DNA from: a candidate division WOR-3 bacterium
GTDB lineage: Bacteria; Hydrothermota; Hydrothermia; Hydrothermales; Hydrothermaceae
Length of the DNA stretch: 22,496 bases
NCBI GenBank assembly: GCA_039803745.1
Contig: JBDRZD010000032.1
Span: forward strand, 1 to 22,496
Direction of reading: 5' to 3'
The position numbers were made by a program, and so were the translations under genes. The notes beneath the pieces are model-generated. The model made no database searches. It worked only from the letters and a program-made list of their open reading frames with translations, and was not told the origin of the DNA. Shown one piece after another: positions 1 to 8,909 of this stretch (the first letter of the stretch is position 1; every line of letters starts with the position of its first letter).

Positions 1-546
1 ATTTTAGCACACGACTGTAAAGATAAATTTAAATCTGAAAAACTTATTAAAAAGGGATTATATAATAACCCAGAAAGATGGGAATACCCTTGGTGGCTTG
101 GATTTTTAAATTATACTTTTTTTAAAGATTATGAAAAAGCAGGAAGATATTTCAGATTATCTTCATTAAAACCTGATGCACCTGAAAGTGCTTATAGATG
201 GGCTGCTTTTATCTATTACAAAAAATTAAAAAAACTTGAAATATCACTCCTTTTATGGGATGAACTTTACAGAAAGGCAAAAAATGAATTTGAAAAAAAT
301 ATTGCAAAAAGTTATGTTTTATCAACATTACATAAGATTCATTTAAGGGATTTGAATAAAGCCTTAAAAAAATTTTATGAGAATGAGAAAAGGATGCCAG
401 AAAATTTGGAAGAGATGATTATCAAAAAATATATAGATTCAATACCAAAGGATCCATTTGGTGGAAAATATTATATTAAAGATAGTGTTATAATAAGCAC
501 AAAAACACCAAAAATTTTTATACCTGAAATTAAAGAACTCTTTTAA
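1..546 (+). CDS. TPR-containing protein, 5' partial; resembles pilin-locus TPR proteins (Myxococcus PilG / Geobacter XapA type)
   Basis: Frame +1 is open from base 1, so the track's 352 start is internal. It reads ILAHDCKDKFKSEKLIKKGLYNNPERWEYPWWLGFLNYTFFKDYEKAGRYFRLSSLKPDAP..., a TPR-like helix pattern, and ends in a GspG-like tail (PENLEEMIIKKYIDSIPKDPFGGKY). Stop TAA at 544-546. Family call is from remembered motif resemblance. Confidence 0.6.
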   Translation: MLAHDCKDKFKSEKLIKKGLYNNPERWEYPWWLGFLNYTFFKDYEKAGRYFRLSSLKPDAPESAYRWAAFIYYKKLKKLEISLLLWDELYRKAKNEFEKNIAKSYVLSTLHKIHLRDLNKALKKFYENEKRMPENLEEMIIKKYIDSIPKDPFGGKYYIKDSVIISTKTPKIFIPEIKELF

Positions 547-1244
547 TTGAAGAATCTATATTTAAGTATATACCATAGGGCTTTAAAACCATCTTTCCAT
601 TTTATCTTTTTCCCTTCCTTATAAGTCCTTCCATAATAATTTATAGCAGTCTCATATATTCTCCACCTTTTTTGCTTTGCAACTTTAACAGTAAATTCAA
701 CTTCAAATCCAAAATCATTCTGCTTTAAATTTATTGAATTTAACACCTCTCTTTTAAACATCTTATAGCAAACTTCAATATCTGAAAGGGTTATATCACA
801 CAAAAAGTTTATTAAAAAGGAAATCAATTTATTTCCAAGAAAATGGTGAAAATAAAGACATCTATGGGGTTTTCCATAAAACCTTGAACCATAAACAATA
901 TCTGCTTTATCTTCTAAAATAAGTCTTAACATTTCATTCCAATCATTTGGGTCATATTCTAAATCTGCATCCTGAATAACTATTATATCACCTGAACAGG
1001 TTTCAAATCCTTTTCTAAGTGCTGCACCTTTACCCATATTTTTTTCCTGAAACACTATTTTTAAATATTTTTTCTCTTCCTTTAATTTATTTAGAATTTC
1101 TCTTGTTCCATCATTTGAACCATCATCAACTATAACAATTTCTTTTTCAACAGGATAATTGAGTTTAACATTTTCAACCATTTCTATAACCTTTTCTATA
1201 TAATCCTTTTCATTATAAACAGGAATTACAATTGATAATTTCAA
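543..1244 (-). CDS. Family 2 glycosyltransferase (DPM1/polyprenol-phosphate glycosyltransferase-like)
   Basis: Motifs LSIVIPVYNE, IVDDGSNDGT, GKGAAL, QDADLEYDP (DxD), GSRF and FGFEVE. TTG start, with an AAGGAG SD at 1253-1258 overlapping the gyrB stop. Confidence 0.92.
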   Translation of the reverse strand: MKLSIVIPVYNEKDYIEKVIEMVENVKLNYPVEKEIVIVDDGSNDGTREILNKLKEEKKYLKIVFQEKNMGKGAALRKGFETCSGDIIVIQDADLEYDPNDWNEMLRLILEDKADIVYGSRFYGKPHRCLYFHHFLGNKLISFLINFLCDITLSDIEVCYKMFKREVLNSINLKQNDFGFEVEFTVKVAKQKRWRIYETAINYYGRTYKEGKKIKWKDGFKALWYILKYRFFN

Positions 1245-1256
1245 TAAAGAAACTCC

Positions 1257-3155
1257 TTAAATATCAAGAACTTGAACTTTCTTTGCATTTTCCTCAATGA
1301 ATTTTCTTCTTGGTTCAACTTTATCACCCATTAAAATTGAAAAAAGTCTATCAGCCTGTGCAGCATCTTCAAGAGTTACTTTCTTCAAAATTCTTTTTTC
1401 AGGATTCATTGTCGTTTCCCATAATTGCTCTGGGTTCATTTCACCAAGCCCTTTAAACCTTTGAACAATTACACCTTTATCCCCAATTTTCTTTAAAGTT
1501 TCTTCAAGTTCTTCCTCTGTATAAACATAATAAACATTTTTTCCTTTTTGAATTCTATAAAGAGGTGGCTGGGCTATATAAAGATAACCTGCCTCTATTA
1601 ATGGTCTTAAATATCTATAGAAAAGTGTTAAAAGAAGGGTTCTTATATGGGAACCATCAACATCTGCATCAGTCATTATTATTATCTTATGATACCTTGC
1701 CTTTGAAATGTCTTGCTCCTCTTCTTCTGGCCCAATCCCTATTGCCTGAAATAGTGCTCTTATCTCTTCATTTGATAGTATTTTTTCCATACTCGCCTTT
1801 TCAACATTCAAAATCTTTCCTTTTAAAGGCAATATTGCCTGAAATTCCCTCATCCTTGCCTGCTTTGCACTTCCACCAGCAGATTCACCTTCCACTATGA
1901 ATAACTCACTCTCAGAAGGGTTTTTTGAAATACAATCAGCAAGTTTGCCGGGTAAAGTATCACTCTCTAAAAAACTTTTTCTTCTAACAAGTTCCTTTGC
2001 CTTTTTTGCAGCCTCCCTTGATTTTGCAGCAAGAACAACTTTTTGAATAATTTTTTCTGCATCCTTTGGATTTTCTTCAAGAAATCTATAAAATTTCTCA
2101 TAAAATATTGATTCAACTATTCCTTTTACATGACTGTTACCAAGTTTTGTCTTTGTCTGCCCTTCAAACTGCGGATTCCTCATCTTTACATGAATTACAG
2201 CAGTTAATCCTTCTCTTGTATCCTCTCCCTGCAATACAAAACCTTCTTTCAAAAAGCCATTTTTTTTGCCAAAATCGTTCAAACATTTTGTCAATGCAGA
2301 TTTAAAACCTGAAACATGGGTTCCACCTTCATGGGTATTTATTGTATTAACAAAACTTAAAATATTTTCAAGGTATGAATCATTATACTCCACTCCAATT
2401 TCAACAATCACATCATCTCTTTCTTCTTTCAAATAAAAAGGCTTGCAAATTGGGTTCCTTGCCTCATCAAGATAATTTACAAAAGAAATAAGTCCACCTT
2501 TATTTTTAAAAACTTCCTCTTTTTTATCTCTTTCATCCCTTAAAATTATTTCAACATTTTCAATTAAAAAGGAAAGTTCAAGAAGCCTATCCCTTACAAT
2601 TTCATATTCAAAATCTATCTTTTTAAAAATCTCTCTATCAGGTTTAAACCTTATCTCTGTTCCTGTCCCTTCAGCCTTTCCAATTTCCTTTAATTCTGTT
2701 ACCTTATATCCTCTTGAAAATTCCTGATACCATATTTTTCCATCCCTTTTAACCCATACCTTCATATATTCTGAAAGAGCACAAACAACAGATGCACCTA
2801 CACCATGAAGCCCACCTGAAATAACATAAACCTTTTCATCAAACTTACCACCTGCATGTAAAGTTGTCATAACAATCTCAACACCAGGCTTTTTAAGTTC
2901 TGGATGAAGGTCAACAGGTATACCCCTTCCATTATCTATTACACTGCAGGAATTATCCTTATGTAAGATAACTTCAATTTTTGAACAAAAACCTGCAAGT
3001 GCCTCATCAACACTGTTATCAACAATTTCAAATATAAGATGATGCAAACCTCTTTTACCAACATCACCTATATACATTGCAGGTCTTCTTCTTACACCTT
3101 CAAGACCAGGAAGAACCTGAATTTTTGAAGAATCATACCTTTCTTCCTTTTTCAT
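1257..3155 (-). CDS. gyrB: DNA gyrase subunit B (short form, lacking the proteobacterial insert)
   Basis: GHKL motifs (VRRRPAMYIG, EIVDNSVDE, DNGRGIP, HAGGKF, GGLHGVG), FEGQTKTKLGN, LPGKLADC, TOPRIM motifs (EGESAGG, PLKGKILN, MTDADVDG), RFKGLGEM and C-terminal LDI. Position after DUF721 favours gyrB over parE. Confidence 0.93.
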   Translation of the reverse strand: MKKEERYDSSKIQVLPGLEGVRRRPAMYIGDVGKRGLHHLIFEIVDNSVDEALAGFCSKIEVILHKDNSCSVIDNGRGIPVDLHPELKKPGVEIVMTTLHAGGKFDEKVYVISGGLHGVGASVVCALSEYMKVWVKRDGKIWYQEFSRGYKVTELKEIGKAEGTGTEIRFKPDREIFKKIDFEYEIVRDRLLELSFLIENVEIILRDERDKKEEVFKNKGGLISFVNYLDEARNPICKPFYLKEERDDVIVEIGVEYNDSYLENILSFVNTINTHEGGTHVSGFKSALTKCLNDFGKKNGFLKEGFVLQGEDTREGLTAVIHVKMRNPQFEGQTKTKLGNSHVKGIVESIFYEKFYRFLEENPKDAEKIIQKVVLAAKSREAAKKAKELVRRKSFLESDTLPGKLADCISKNPSESELFIVEGESAGGSAKQARMREFQAILPLKGKILNVEKASMEKILSNEEIRALFQAIGIGPEEEEQDISKARYHKIIIMTDADVDGSHIRTLLLTLFYRYLRPLIEAGYLYIAQPPLYRIQKGKNVYYVYTEEELEETLKKIGDKGVIVQRFKGLGEMNPEQLWETTMNPEKRILKKVTLEDAAQADRLFSILMGDKVEPRRKFIEENAKKVQVLDI

Positions 3156-3432
3156 CTCCTCTCCTTATTTTTATATCCTTTATAAAATTTTCATTAATTC
3201 TTTTATTTATCTTTTCAATAATTTCATTTTTTAAAAAGTAAATTTCATTTTTAACAAAAGGAGAACTTGTTTTTAAAAAAATAATACCATCCTTTATATT
3301 CTCAAAAATAAGGTTTTCTTTATATTTTTCAGGCAAAATTTCATTCAAAAAATTCAAAACTTCTATCTCTTTTAATTTGTTTTGGGGTAAATTTTTTAAA
3401 AAATCATCTATTATCTTCTCTATCTTCTCCAT
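3133..3432 (-). CDS. dciA: DUF721 / DciA family helicase-loader-like protein
   Basis: 99 aa with IKDGIIFLKTSSPFVKNEIYFLKNEIIEKIN...IKDIKIR, matching the DUF721 pattern. Sits directly upstream of gyrB (23-nt overlap), a common position for this family. Confidence 0.75.
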   Translation of the reverse strand: MEKIEKIIDDFLKNLPQNKLKEIEVLNFLNEILPEKYKENLIFENIKDGIIFLKTSSPFVKNEIYFLKNEIIEKINKRINENFIKDIKIRRGDEKGRKV

Positions 3433-3443
3433 TTAAGATATAT

Positions 3444-3473
3444 ATTATAATAAACGTGGATTAATAAATTCAA
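3444..3473 (-). promoter_or_regulatory. Sigma70-type promoter for dciA-gyrB-GT2
   Basis: Minus strand: TTGAAT (3473-3468), 18-nt spacer, TATAAT (3449-3444). ATG lies 11 nt downstream with no SD. Confidence 0.55.
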
Positions 3474-3481
3474 TCCAGTTT
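3452..3481 (-). terminator. Imperfect hairpin: possible intrinsic terminator of the GT-C gene, or an operator
   Basis: Minus strand AAACTGGATTGA-ATTTA-TTAATCCAC-GTTT, core TGGATT-N9-AATCCA. It spans the GT-C stop codon and the -35/spacer of the dciA promoter, and the U-tract is weak. Confidence 0.25.
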
Positions 3482-5542
3482 TTTAATAATCCAATAACCT
3501 GTTGAAATATGAGCCCCTGTTATAATTATCTCATTTTTACCAATTTTGAGTAAATTTTTAGATAAAGGAATAACAAATTCACTAAAATTCTCTATTTCTT
3601 TTAAATTAAGAACTCCTAAATAATTTCCATTTAAATAGATATGAATTTGTTGAAAGGGAATTTCTATTGAATTTAAAGAAATTTTATTGTAAAATGTTGA
3701 TGAATAAAACAAACTTTTTGCTATTCTGCCAACAAGGTAAATTTTCTCAATTTCCTTTTCTTTTATATAAAAATTGAACTTTTCAAACTTTGAAAATATA
3801 CCCCCTTCAAGAAATTCTTTTCCATTCATTTTTCCTCTAATTGGAAATGGTCTTATCTTTATTAAAGGCTCATATAAAGAAAAAGAGTATTTATGAACTC
3901 TTTCAGATAAAGGATCCCCAACATCTATATAATCTATAACTGTATAAAGTGTTTCTGCATAAATTTTTTTGCCATCTAAAATCTTATTTATCCCAACCTT
4001 GCCTATTTTTACATGATTTCCTGAAATAGTTTGATGATAATAAACTATGCTATCTGCCAAAAACTCAAAATTACTAAACCAAGGAACTTCTTCATCGGTT
4101 GCATCCCAGTAAATATAATATTCTCCATCTTTTTTAAAATAATATTTTAACAATTCAAAGTAATGAGAGGGATAATGAAATTTAGAAAATCTTAAAGCCC
4201 TCCAATTCTCTCCAAAGGAGAATGAATAAATTCTTCTTCCTGTAAAAAATTTTAAAGTGGCTGAACGAAGAGAAATAAATTCACCCTCTCCTATATTATT
4301 TTTAATCCATTTTGAAGCCATGTAATGAGGATATACCTTGTGAATTGTAATAAAAATATTTTTGTTTTCAAAATCTATACTCTGAAATAAAGGTATTAAT
4401 AGATAAAATCCATATAAAATGTATTTGATCCATGGGAAATTTTTAAATTTTTTAACTAAAAAATCAATACCCAGAATTCCTAAAAGAAAAATAAAGGGGA
4501 ATAACCAAACAGTATGACGAAGAAGATGAACTCCTGCAAAAACTGTTAAGCCAGAGATAATCCAGAAGATTAAAAAATTTAAAAAGGAAATAATTATGAA
4601 TTCTTTTGAAGTTTCATTAGAAAATGTCTTTTTATAAAAAATTCCAAAAAAACAAAAAATTAAAAAACAAAAAGGGAGCTGACTTGAATAAAATTCAATA
4701 TTTTTACTTTCCCAAAGGGATGGATAAAAACCTAAAAAAACTCCTAATAAATAATCTCTTAAATATTCTATTAAAGAGGAAAAAACTGCGGGTTTTGAAT
4801 AAACAAAAAATAAAGATTGGGGATAAATTCCTGTAGGCAAAAATGTTCTTGAAATTATAAAATATATAATAGAGGGTATTAACCATATTAAAATGAGAAT
4901 AAAATTATAAATTATAAATTTTTTCTTTTTTCTTATGAAAAAATAAATCAAAAATATTAAAAATATAAATACTGATTCGGGTCGTGAAAGGGCAAGAAAA
5001 ATGCCTGATAAAAAGAAAAAAATTTCTTTTCTTAATAAAAAAAATATGATTGTAAGGTAAAAGAAAAAGGTTAAAAAACTGTGTCCCATTCCAAGGATAA
5101 AAATATACCTAAAAGGCATAAAAAGGGATAGCATAAGAATTGATAAAAAACTTATAAAATTATCATTTGTGGAGATTTTAAATATATAAAAAATAAAAAT
5201 GAGCGTTAAAAATAGAAAAAGCATATTTATTAAAAAAATAAAAGAAGAAAAACCCTCAGGGGTTTTAGTAAAAAACCTGTATACCAAGGAATAGAATATC
5301 TGGGCAAGAAAAGATGGTTCCATTGGTGCAGAGGGTTCATTATCATTAAATTTAAATGGGTATCCTTTTCCCATCTGAACAGAATAACAAAGTGTTACAT
5401 ATGAATCATCTGTAGGGAAAAGGAAAACTCCTCCTGTTTTTGTAACTATAGTGAAATATCTGTATAAGGAGAAAAAACACACTATTAAAAAAATAATTGA
5501 TACTGGAAAATATTTGCTTTTGAAAAAATCTTTTAATTTCAT
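3470..5542 (-). CDS. Polytopic membrane protein, probable GT-C superfamily glycosyltransferase with a C-terminal soluble domain
   Basis: Many hydrophobic segments in roughly the first 390 aa. The first loop carries the acidic pair PTDDSYV...GYPFKFNDNEP (DDxY-type GT-C motif), followed by ALSRPES. The C-terminal region is soluble and beta-rich (DVGDPLSERVHKY; GKNEIIIT). Confidence 0.65.
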   Translation of the reverse strand: MKLKDFFKSKYFPVSIIFLIVCFFSLYRYFTIVTKTGGVFLFPTDDSYVTLCYSVQMGKGYPFKFNDNEPSAPMEPSFLAQIFYSLVYRFFTKTPEGFSSFIFLINMLFLFLTLIFIFYIFKISTNDNFISFLSILMLSLFMPFRYIFILGMGHSFLTFFFYLTIIFFLLRKEIFFFLSGIFLALSRPESVFIFLIFLIYFFIRKKKKFIIYNFILILIWLIPSIIYFIISRTFLPTGIYPQSLFFVYSKPAVFSSLIEYLRDYLLGVFLGFYPSLWESKNIEFYSSQLPFCFLIFCFFGIFYKKTFSNETSKEFIIISFLNFLIFWIISGLTVFAGVHLLRHTVWLFPFIFLLGILGIDFLVKKFKNFPWIKYILYGFYLLIPLFQSIDFENKNIFITIHKVYPHYMASKWIKNNIGEGEFISLRSATLKFFTGRRIYSFSFGENWRALRFSKFHYPSHYFELLKYYFKKDGEYYIYWDATDEEVPWFSNFEFLADSIVYYHQTISGNHVKIGKVGINKILDGKKIYAETLYTVIDYIDVGDPLSERVHKYSFSLYEPLIKIRPFPIRGKMNGKEFLEGGIFSKFEKFNFYIKEKEIEKIYLVGRIAKSLFYSSTFYNKISLNSIEIPFQQIHIYLNGNYLGVLNLKEIENFSEFVIPLSKNLLKIGKNEIIITGAHISTGYWIIKKLD

Positions 5543-5548
5543 ATAAAT

Positions 5549-5578
5549 ATTATAAACAAATTGACTTTTATTTTTCTA
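5549..5578 (-). promoter_or_regulatory. Divergent promoter for the GT-C gene (leaderless)
   Basis: Minus strand TATAAT at 5554-5549, 6 nt before the ATG at 5542. Weak -35 TAGAAA (5578-5573) at 18-nt spacing. Confidence 0.5.
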
Positions 5579-5589
5579 TCCTTTATAAT
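5561..5589 (+). promoter_or_regulatory. Near-consensus sigma70 promoter for the cyclase cluster (leaderless)
   Basis: TTGACT (5561-5566), 17-nt spacer, TATAAT (5584-5589). ATG at 5596 is 6 nt downstream with no SD. Confidence 0.75.
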
Positions 5590-5595
5590 AAAATT

Positions 5596-6210
5596 ATGAA
5601 ATTATGCCTTCGTTGCGGAAAAAGTATTAAAGAAAGTGAAAGGTTTTGTAAATTTTGTGGATTTTATTTTCCATTATTAGATATTGAAAGAAAAAAACTT
5701 GTGGTAATTCATGTTGACATAGAAGGATTCACAAGAATTTCTCATTTACTTGAACCTGAAAATATTGACGAGATATTAAAAAGTATTTTTGGCTCTCTCA
5801 TATTTATTTTGGAATCCAACGGAGTATTCATAAATCAATTTTATGGTGATGAGATTGTAGGACTTTTAGGACTTTCTGGAGTTAAGGAAAATCTTTTAGA
5901 AAAAGCATTAGAAATTGAATCAAAAGTGCATTATTTTTTTAAAAACTATAAAACAAATGAAAATATTATTCCAAAAGTAAAGATTTCAATGGAATATGGG
6001 GAATTGTTTTTAACATTGCATAAAACCGATGGCTCTTCTTATCTTTTAATATGTGGTGAGCCAGAGGAAAGAGCAAAAGAAGGATTAAAATTTATAAAAG
6101 GAGGAGAAACTGCAATAGGAATAAATTTCTTAAATGCCCTTGAAAATAAAATAAAAGTTTTACCAGCAACAGAAAAAAGGAAAGATATATTTATAATTGA
6201 AAGAACTTAA
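5596..6210 (+). CDS. Zinc-ribbon + class III nucleotide cyclase domain; C1-like half (metal-binding Asps only)
   Basis: CxxC-x10-CxxC at C4/C7/C18/C21. HVDIEGFT (D41), FYGDE (D85) and KISMEYG (K129 at the RIG position) are present. The GDTVNxAxR motif is replaced by GEPEERAKE. Confidence 0.82.
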   Translation: MKLCLRCGKSIKESERFCKFCGFYFPLLDIERKKLVVIHVDIEGFTRISHLLEPENIDEILKSIFGSLIFILESNGVFINQFYGDEIVGLLGLSGVKENLLEKALEIESKVHYFFKNYKTNENIIPKVKISMEYGELFLTLHKTDGSSYLLICGEPEERAKEGLKFIKGGETAIGINFLNALENKIKVLPATEKRKDIFIIERT

Positions 6211-6212
6211 AG

Positions 6213-8909
6213 ATGGCAGGTATCGTTGAAATTTCAGAAAAAATTTTAAAGCAAATAGCCCTTGCACTCAATACTGCTAAACTCTATCCACCGGGTCATC
6301 CTCTTTTTGAAAAGATGATTGAAAATTCTCTTGAATTAACACTTGAAATCCCTCCGAATATAAATACACTTTCTTTTTATTTCTTTGAGAATACAGTAAT
6401 AGTTGAAAAAGAAAAACTTGATATCTCAAAATTTCCAGCAATTCAATCTTTAATAAAATATTTAGACAGAATAAGGGTTAAAAGTATATCAATAGATATA
6501 GATGCCCAGAGAAAGGATTGGGAAGCCTTTTATAAAATGCTTTCTACTCCTGTAAAAGAATTAAAGGAAACAGAAGATATTGCAGTTTTATTACATGAAC
6601 TTGGAGCAGAGAAAATAAGGGTTAATGATGTTGAATTTGGTGTAATTTCAGCAAAGCAAAAAGTTGAAATAAAATTTGATATTGATAGTATTATTGAGAG
6701 AATAAAAAAAGGAGAAATAATATCATCTGAAGAATCTATTGAACTTTTTAAAGAAACAACAGGTTTTGCTCCAGAAAGGTTAAATTATATTTCAAAAGAT
6801 GGAGTGTTAGAGAAAATTCAAGAATTTAAAGAAAATATATACAAAAAATATGGATTTATCGAGCCAGAAAAATTATCCATAGCAATTGCTGAAATATTTG
6901 AAAAACTTTCACCAGATTTAAGGAGAGATGTTTTGGGTGATATGATAGAAATTGAAGAATTAAGGAATATAGCAAAAGAAATTATAAAGAATTTAAATGA
7001 AGAAGAAATAATGGAATTTTTATTATCTTATAAAGGAAATAAAGAAGAGATAATGGAATATCTTCCCGAAAATAAAAAGCAAAAATTACAAAGTTTATCT
7101 ATTTTAAGAGAAAAGAAAGAAGAACCCGGTGCAAAGATAGGTATTTTTTATGGAGAAGGAATTTTATCAAAGGAAATGGAAGAAAGAATTTTAAAACTCT
7201 ATGAAACTATAAAGATTGAGAAAGAAGAAAATAAAATAAAAGAAGAAGTTTCTAAATTTTTGAATGAACTTCTTGGTATAAAAGATTATCAAGATATTAA
7301 AGAAAAAGTTCCTGAATTTGTAAATTCTTTAAAAATGATTGCTTCCTTTTTAATAGAACAATATGGTGCAGATGCTTTTGAGGAATTTTCCCTCCTTGGT
7401 TCTCATATACTATCTCTTCTAACTCCTGATATTAAGAATAACATATATGAGCATCTTTCAAAAACTAAAGAAACTGCTGATATGATAAGAAGTATACTTC
7501 CCAGTTTACCTGACGAGGAACTAATAACCCTTTTTGCATCAAGAATAAAAAATTTCCCTGAAGAGGTTAATGAGATGGTAAAGGTCTTACCTTCAGAAAA
7601 AATAGAAATTTTAAGGAAAAGGGAAATAATTGAAGGTGGAGAGGGAAGACCATTTGTTCCTTCAAGGAAATTGATTGAAATAGAAAAAATAGCAAGAGAA
7701 AGGCACCTTATAATTACAGGAGAAAAGAAGTTTGAAGCAATGAAAAAGGAAATTGAAGAAGGCATTAGAACTGCTGAATTAGAAAATATAATTGAACCAT
7801 TTCTAAAGGATATTAAATCAGAGGATAATGAAAAAAGAAAAAATTCTGTTAATGGGATAGGAAGCCTTTTAATCTCTTTTTTAAAGACAGGCAAAACAAA
7901 ACTTGCAAAAACATTATTAAATTTTTTAAGGGAAAATATTGAAGGTGAAGAAGATTTAGAAGTATTTTTTACCTATCTTGAATATTTTGAGAAAGGATAT
8001 GTAATTGCAAAAGAAAAAAACATTGTTGATATTATTGAAATATTTGAGGTTGAATTTAAAAAATTACTTGATTTAAAAGAAAAAAGAAAATTTGTAATAA
8101 ACGCTCTTGGAAAAACAAAAACCGATTTTGCATTAAGAATGTTATTAACAACTTTATGGGAAGAAGAAAGTATAGAAGAAATTAAAGAGGCATTAATTCC
8201 CCTTGGAGAAAAAGCTCTCGAGTGGCTCCTTAAACTCTTCCCCGAGGTAGAGAATCTTCTTATAAGAAAAAGAATAATTGAACTCCTTATTTTACTTCCG
8301 CAAACAAATATACATAGTTTAAAAGAACTAATCTTTGATAAAAGAAAGTCTGTTCAGAGAGATATTTTATACATTGTTGGAGAAAAGAAAATATCAGAGA
8401 TGGTTCCTTATATAGAAGAAATTCTTCCTGTTTCGGAGGACATTGTAAGAAAAGAAGCAATAAAGGCACTTGTTAAGATAAAAACAAAAGAAGCAAAGGA
8501 AATACTGATTAAATCTCTTGAAGATAAAAATGAAGAAATAAGAAAGGAGGTAATAAAGGGGCTGTGTGCTGATATGGATGAAAAAATAGTTCCAAGATTA
8601 AGGGATTATTTTAAATTTTATATGGAAAAAAATGTTGAGGAAAACACTCCGCTATTAATTGAAATAATGAAAGGTTTAAAAAAGATTAAGAATAAAGAAA
8701 TACTTCCATTTTTATTTAAAATAATTGAAGAAAAAAATATATTAAAAAAACCAAAATATCCACAAGAATTAAGAAGAGAAGCAATAAAATATTTAGTTGA
8801 ATTTAAAGAAGATAAAAATGTTATTGAAAAATTAAAAAGTTATAAAAATGATCCTGACAATGAAATAAGAATATTCTTAAAGGTATTTTTATCAAAATAT
8901 GGAGAATAG
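6213..8909 (+). CDS. HEAT-repeat protein with an N-terminal LYPxxHP domain and an internal duplicated helical domain
   Basis: C-terminal HEAT-like units (DKRKSVQRDILYIVG, SEDIVRKEAIKALVK, DKNEEIRKEVIKGL, DPDNEIR). N-terminal TAKLYPPGHP. 171-aa-offset internal repeat. No TM segment evident. Confidence 0.75.
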   Translation: MAGIVEISEKILKQIALALNTAKLYPPGHPLFEKMIENSLELTLEIPPNINTLSFYFFENTVIVEKEKLDISKFPAIQSLIKYLDRIRVKSISIDIDAQRKDWEAFYKMLSTPVKELKETEDIAVLLHELGAEKIRVNDVEFGVISAKQKVEIKFDIDSIIERIKKGEIISSEESIELFKETTGFAPERLNYISKDGVLEKIQEFKENIYKKYGFIEPEKLSIAIAEIFEKLSPDLRRDVLGDMIEIEELRNIAKEIIKNLNEEEIMEFLLSYKGNKEEIMEYLPENKKQKLQSLSILREKKEEPGAKIGIFYGEGILSKEMEERILKLYETIKIEKEENKIKEEVSKFLNELLGIKDYQDIKEKVPEFVNSLKMIASFLIEQYGADAFEEFSLLGSHILSLLTPDIKNNIYEHLSKTKETADMIRSILPSLPDEELITLFASRIKNFPEEVNEMVKVLPSEKIEILRKREIIEGGEGRPFVPSRKLIEIEKIARERHLIITGEKKFEAMKKEIEEGIRTAELENIIEPFLKDIKSEDNEKRKNSVNGIGSLLISFLKTGKTKLAKTLLNFLRENIEGEEDLEVFFTYLEYFEKGYVIAKEKNIVDIIEIFEVEFKKLLDLKEKRKFVINALGKTKTDFALRMLLTTLWEEESIEEIKEALIPLGEKALEWLLKLFPEVENLLIRKRIIELLILLPQTNIHSLKELIFDKRKSVQRDILYIVGEKKISEMVPYIEEILPVSEDIVRKEAIKALVKIKTKEAKEILIKSLEDKNEEIRKEVIKGLCADMDEKIVPRLRDYFKFYMEKNVEENTPLLIEIMKGLKKIKNKEILPFLFKIIEEKNILKKPKYPQELRREAIKYLVEFKEDKNVIEKLKSYKNDPDNEIRIFLKVFLSKYGE

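Noticed and set aside
352..546. 64-aa ORF as a stand-alone gene
   Set aside because: The frame is open from base 1, so this is the C-terminus of a longer protein.
3455..3463. DnaA-box-like 9-mer (TAATCCACG, minus strand) suggesting oriC near gyrB
   Set aside because: A single copy with two mismatches in a 37-bp gap is not an origin.
4600..5260. Long A-tracts and very low GC as phase-variation tracts or foreign DNA
   Set aside because: They are explained by Phe/Ile/Leu codons of transmembrane helices on the minus strand, and the reading frame is intact.
5596..6210. Small cyclase as a pseudogene or truncated fragment
   Set aside because: The ORF is intact, covers essentially the whole cyclase fold, has a near-consensus promoter, and selectively retains the metal-binding residues.
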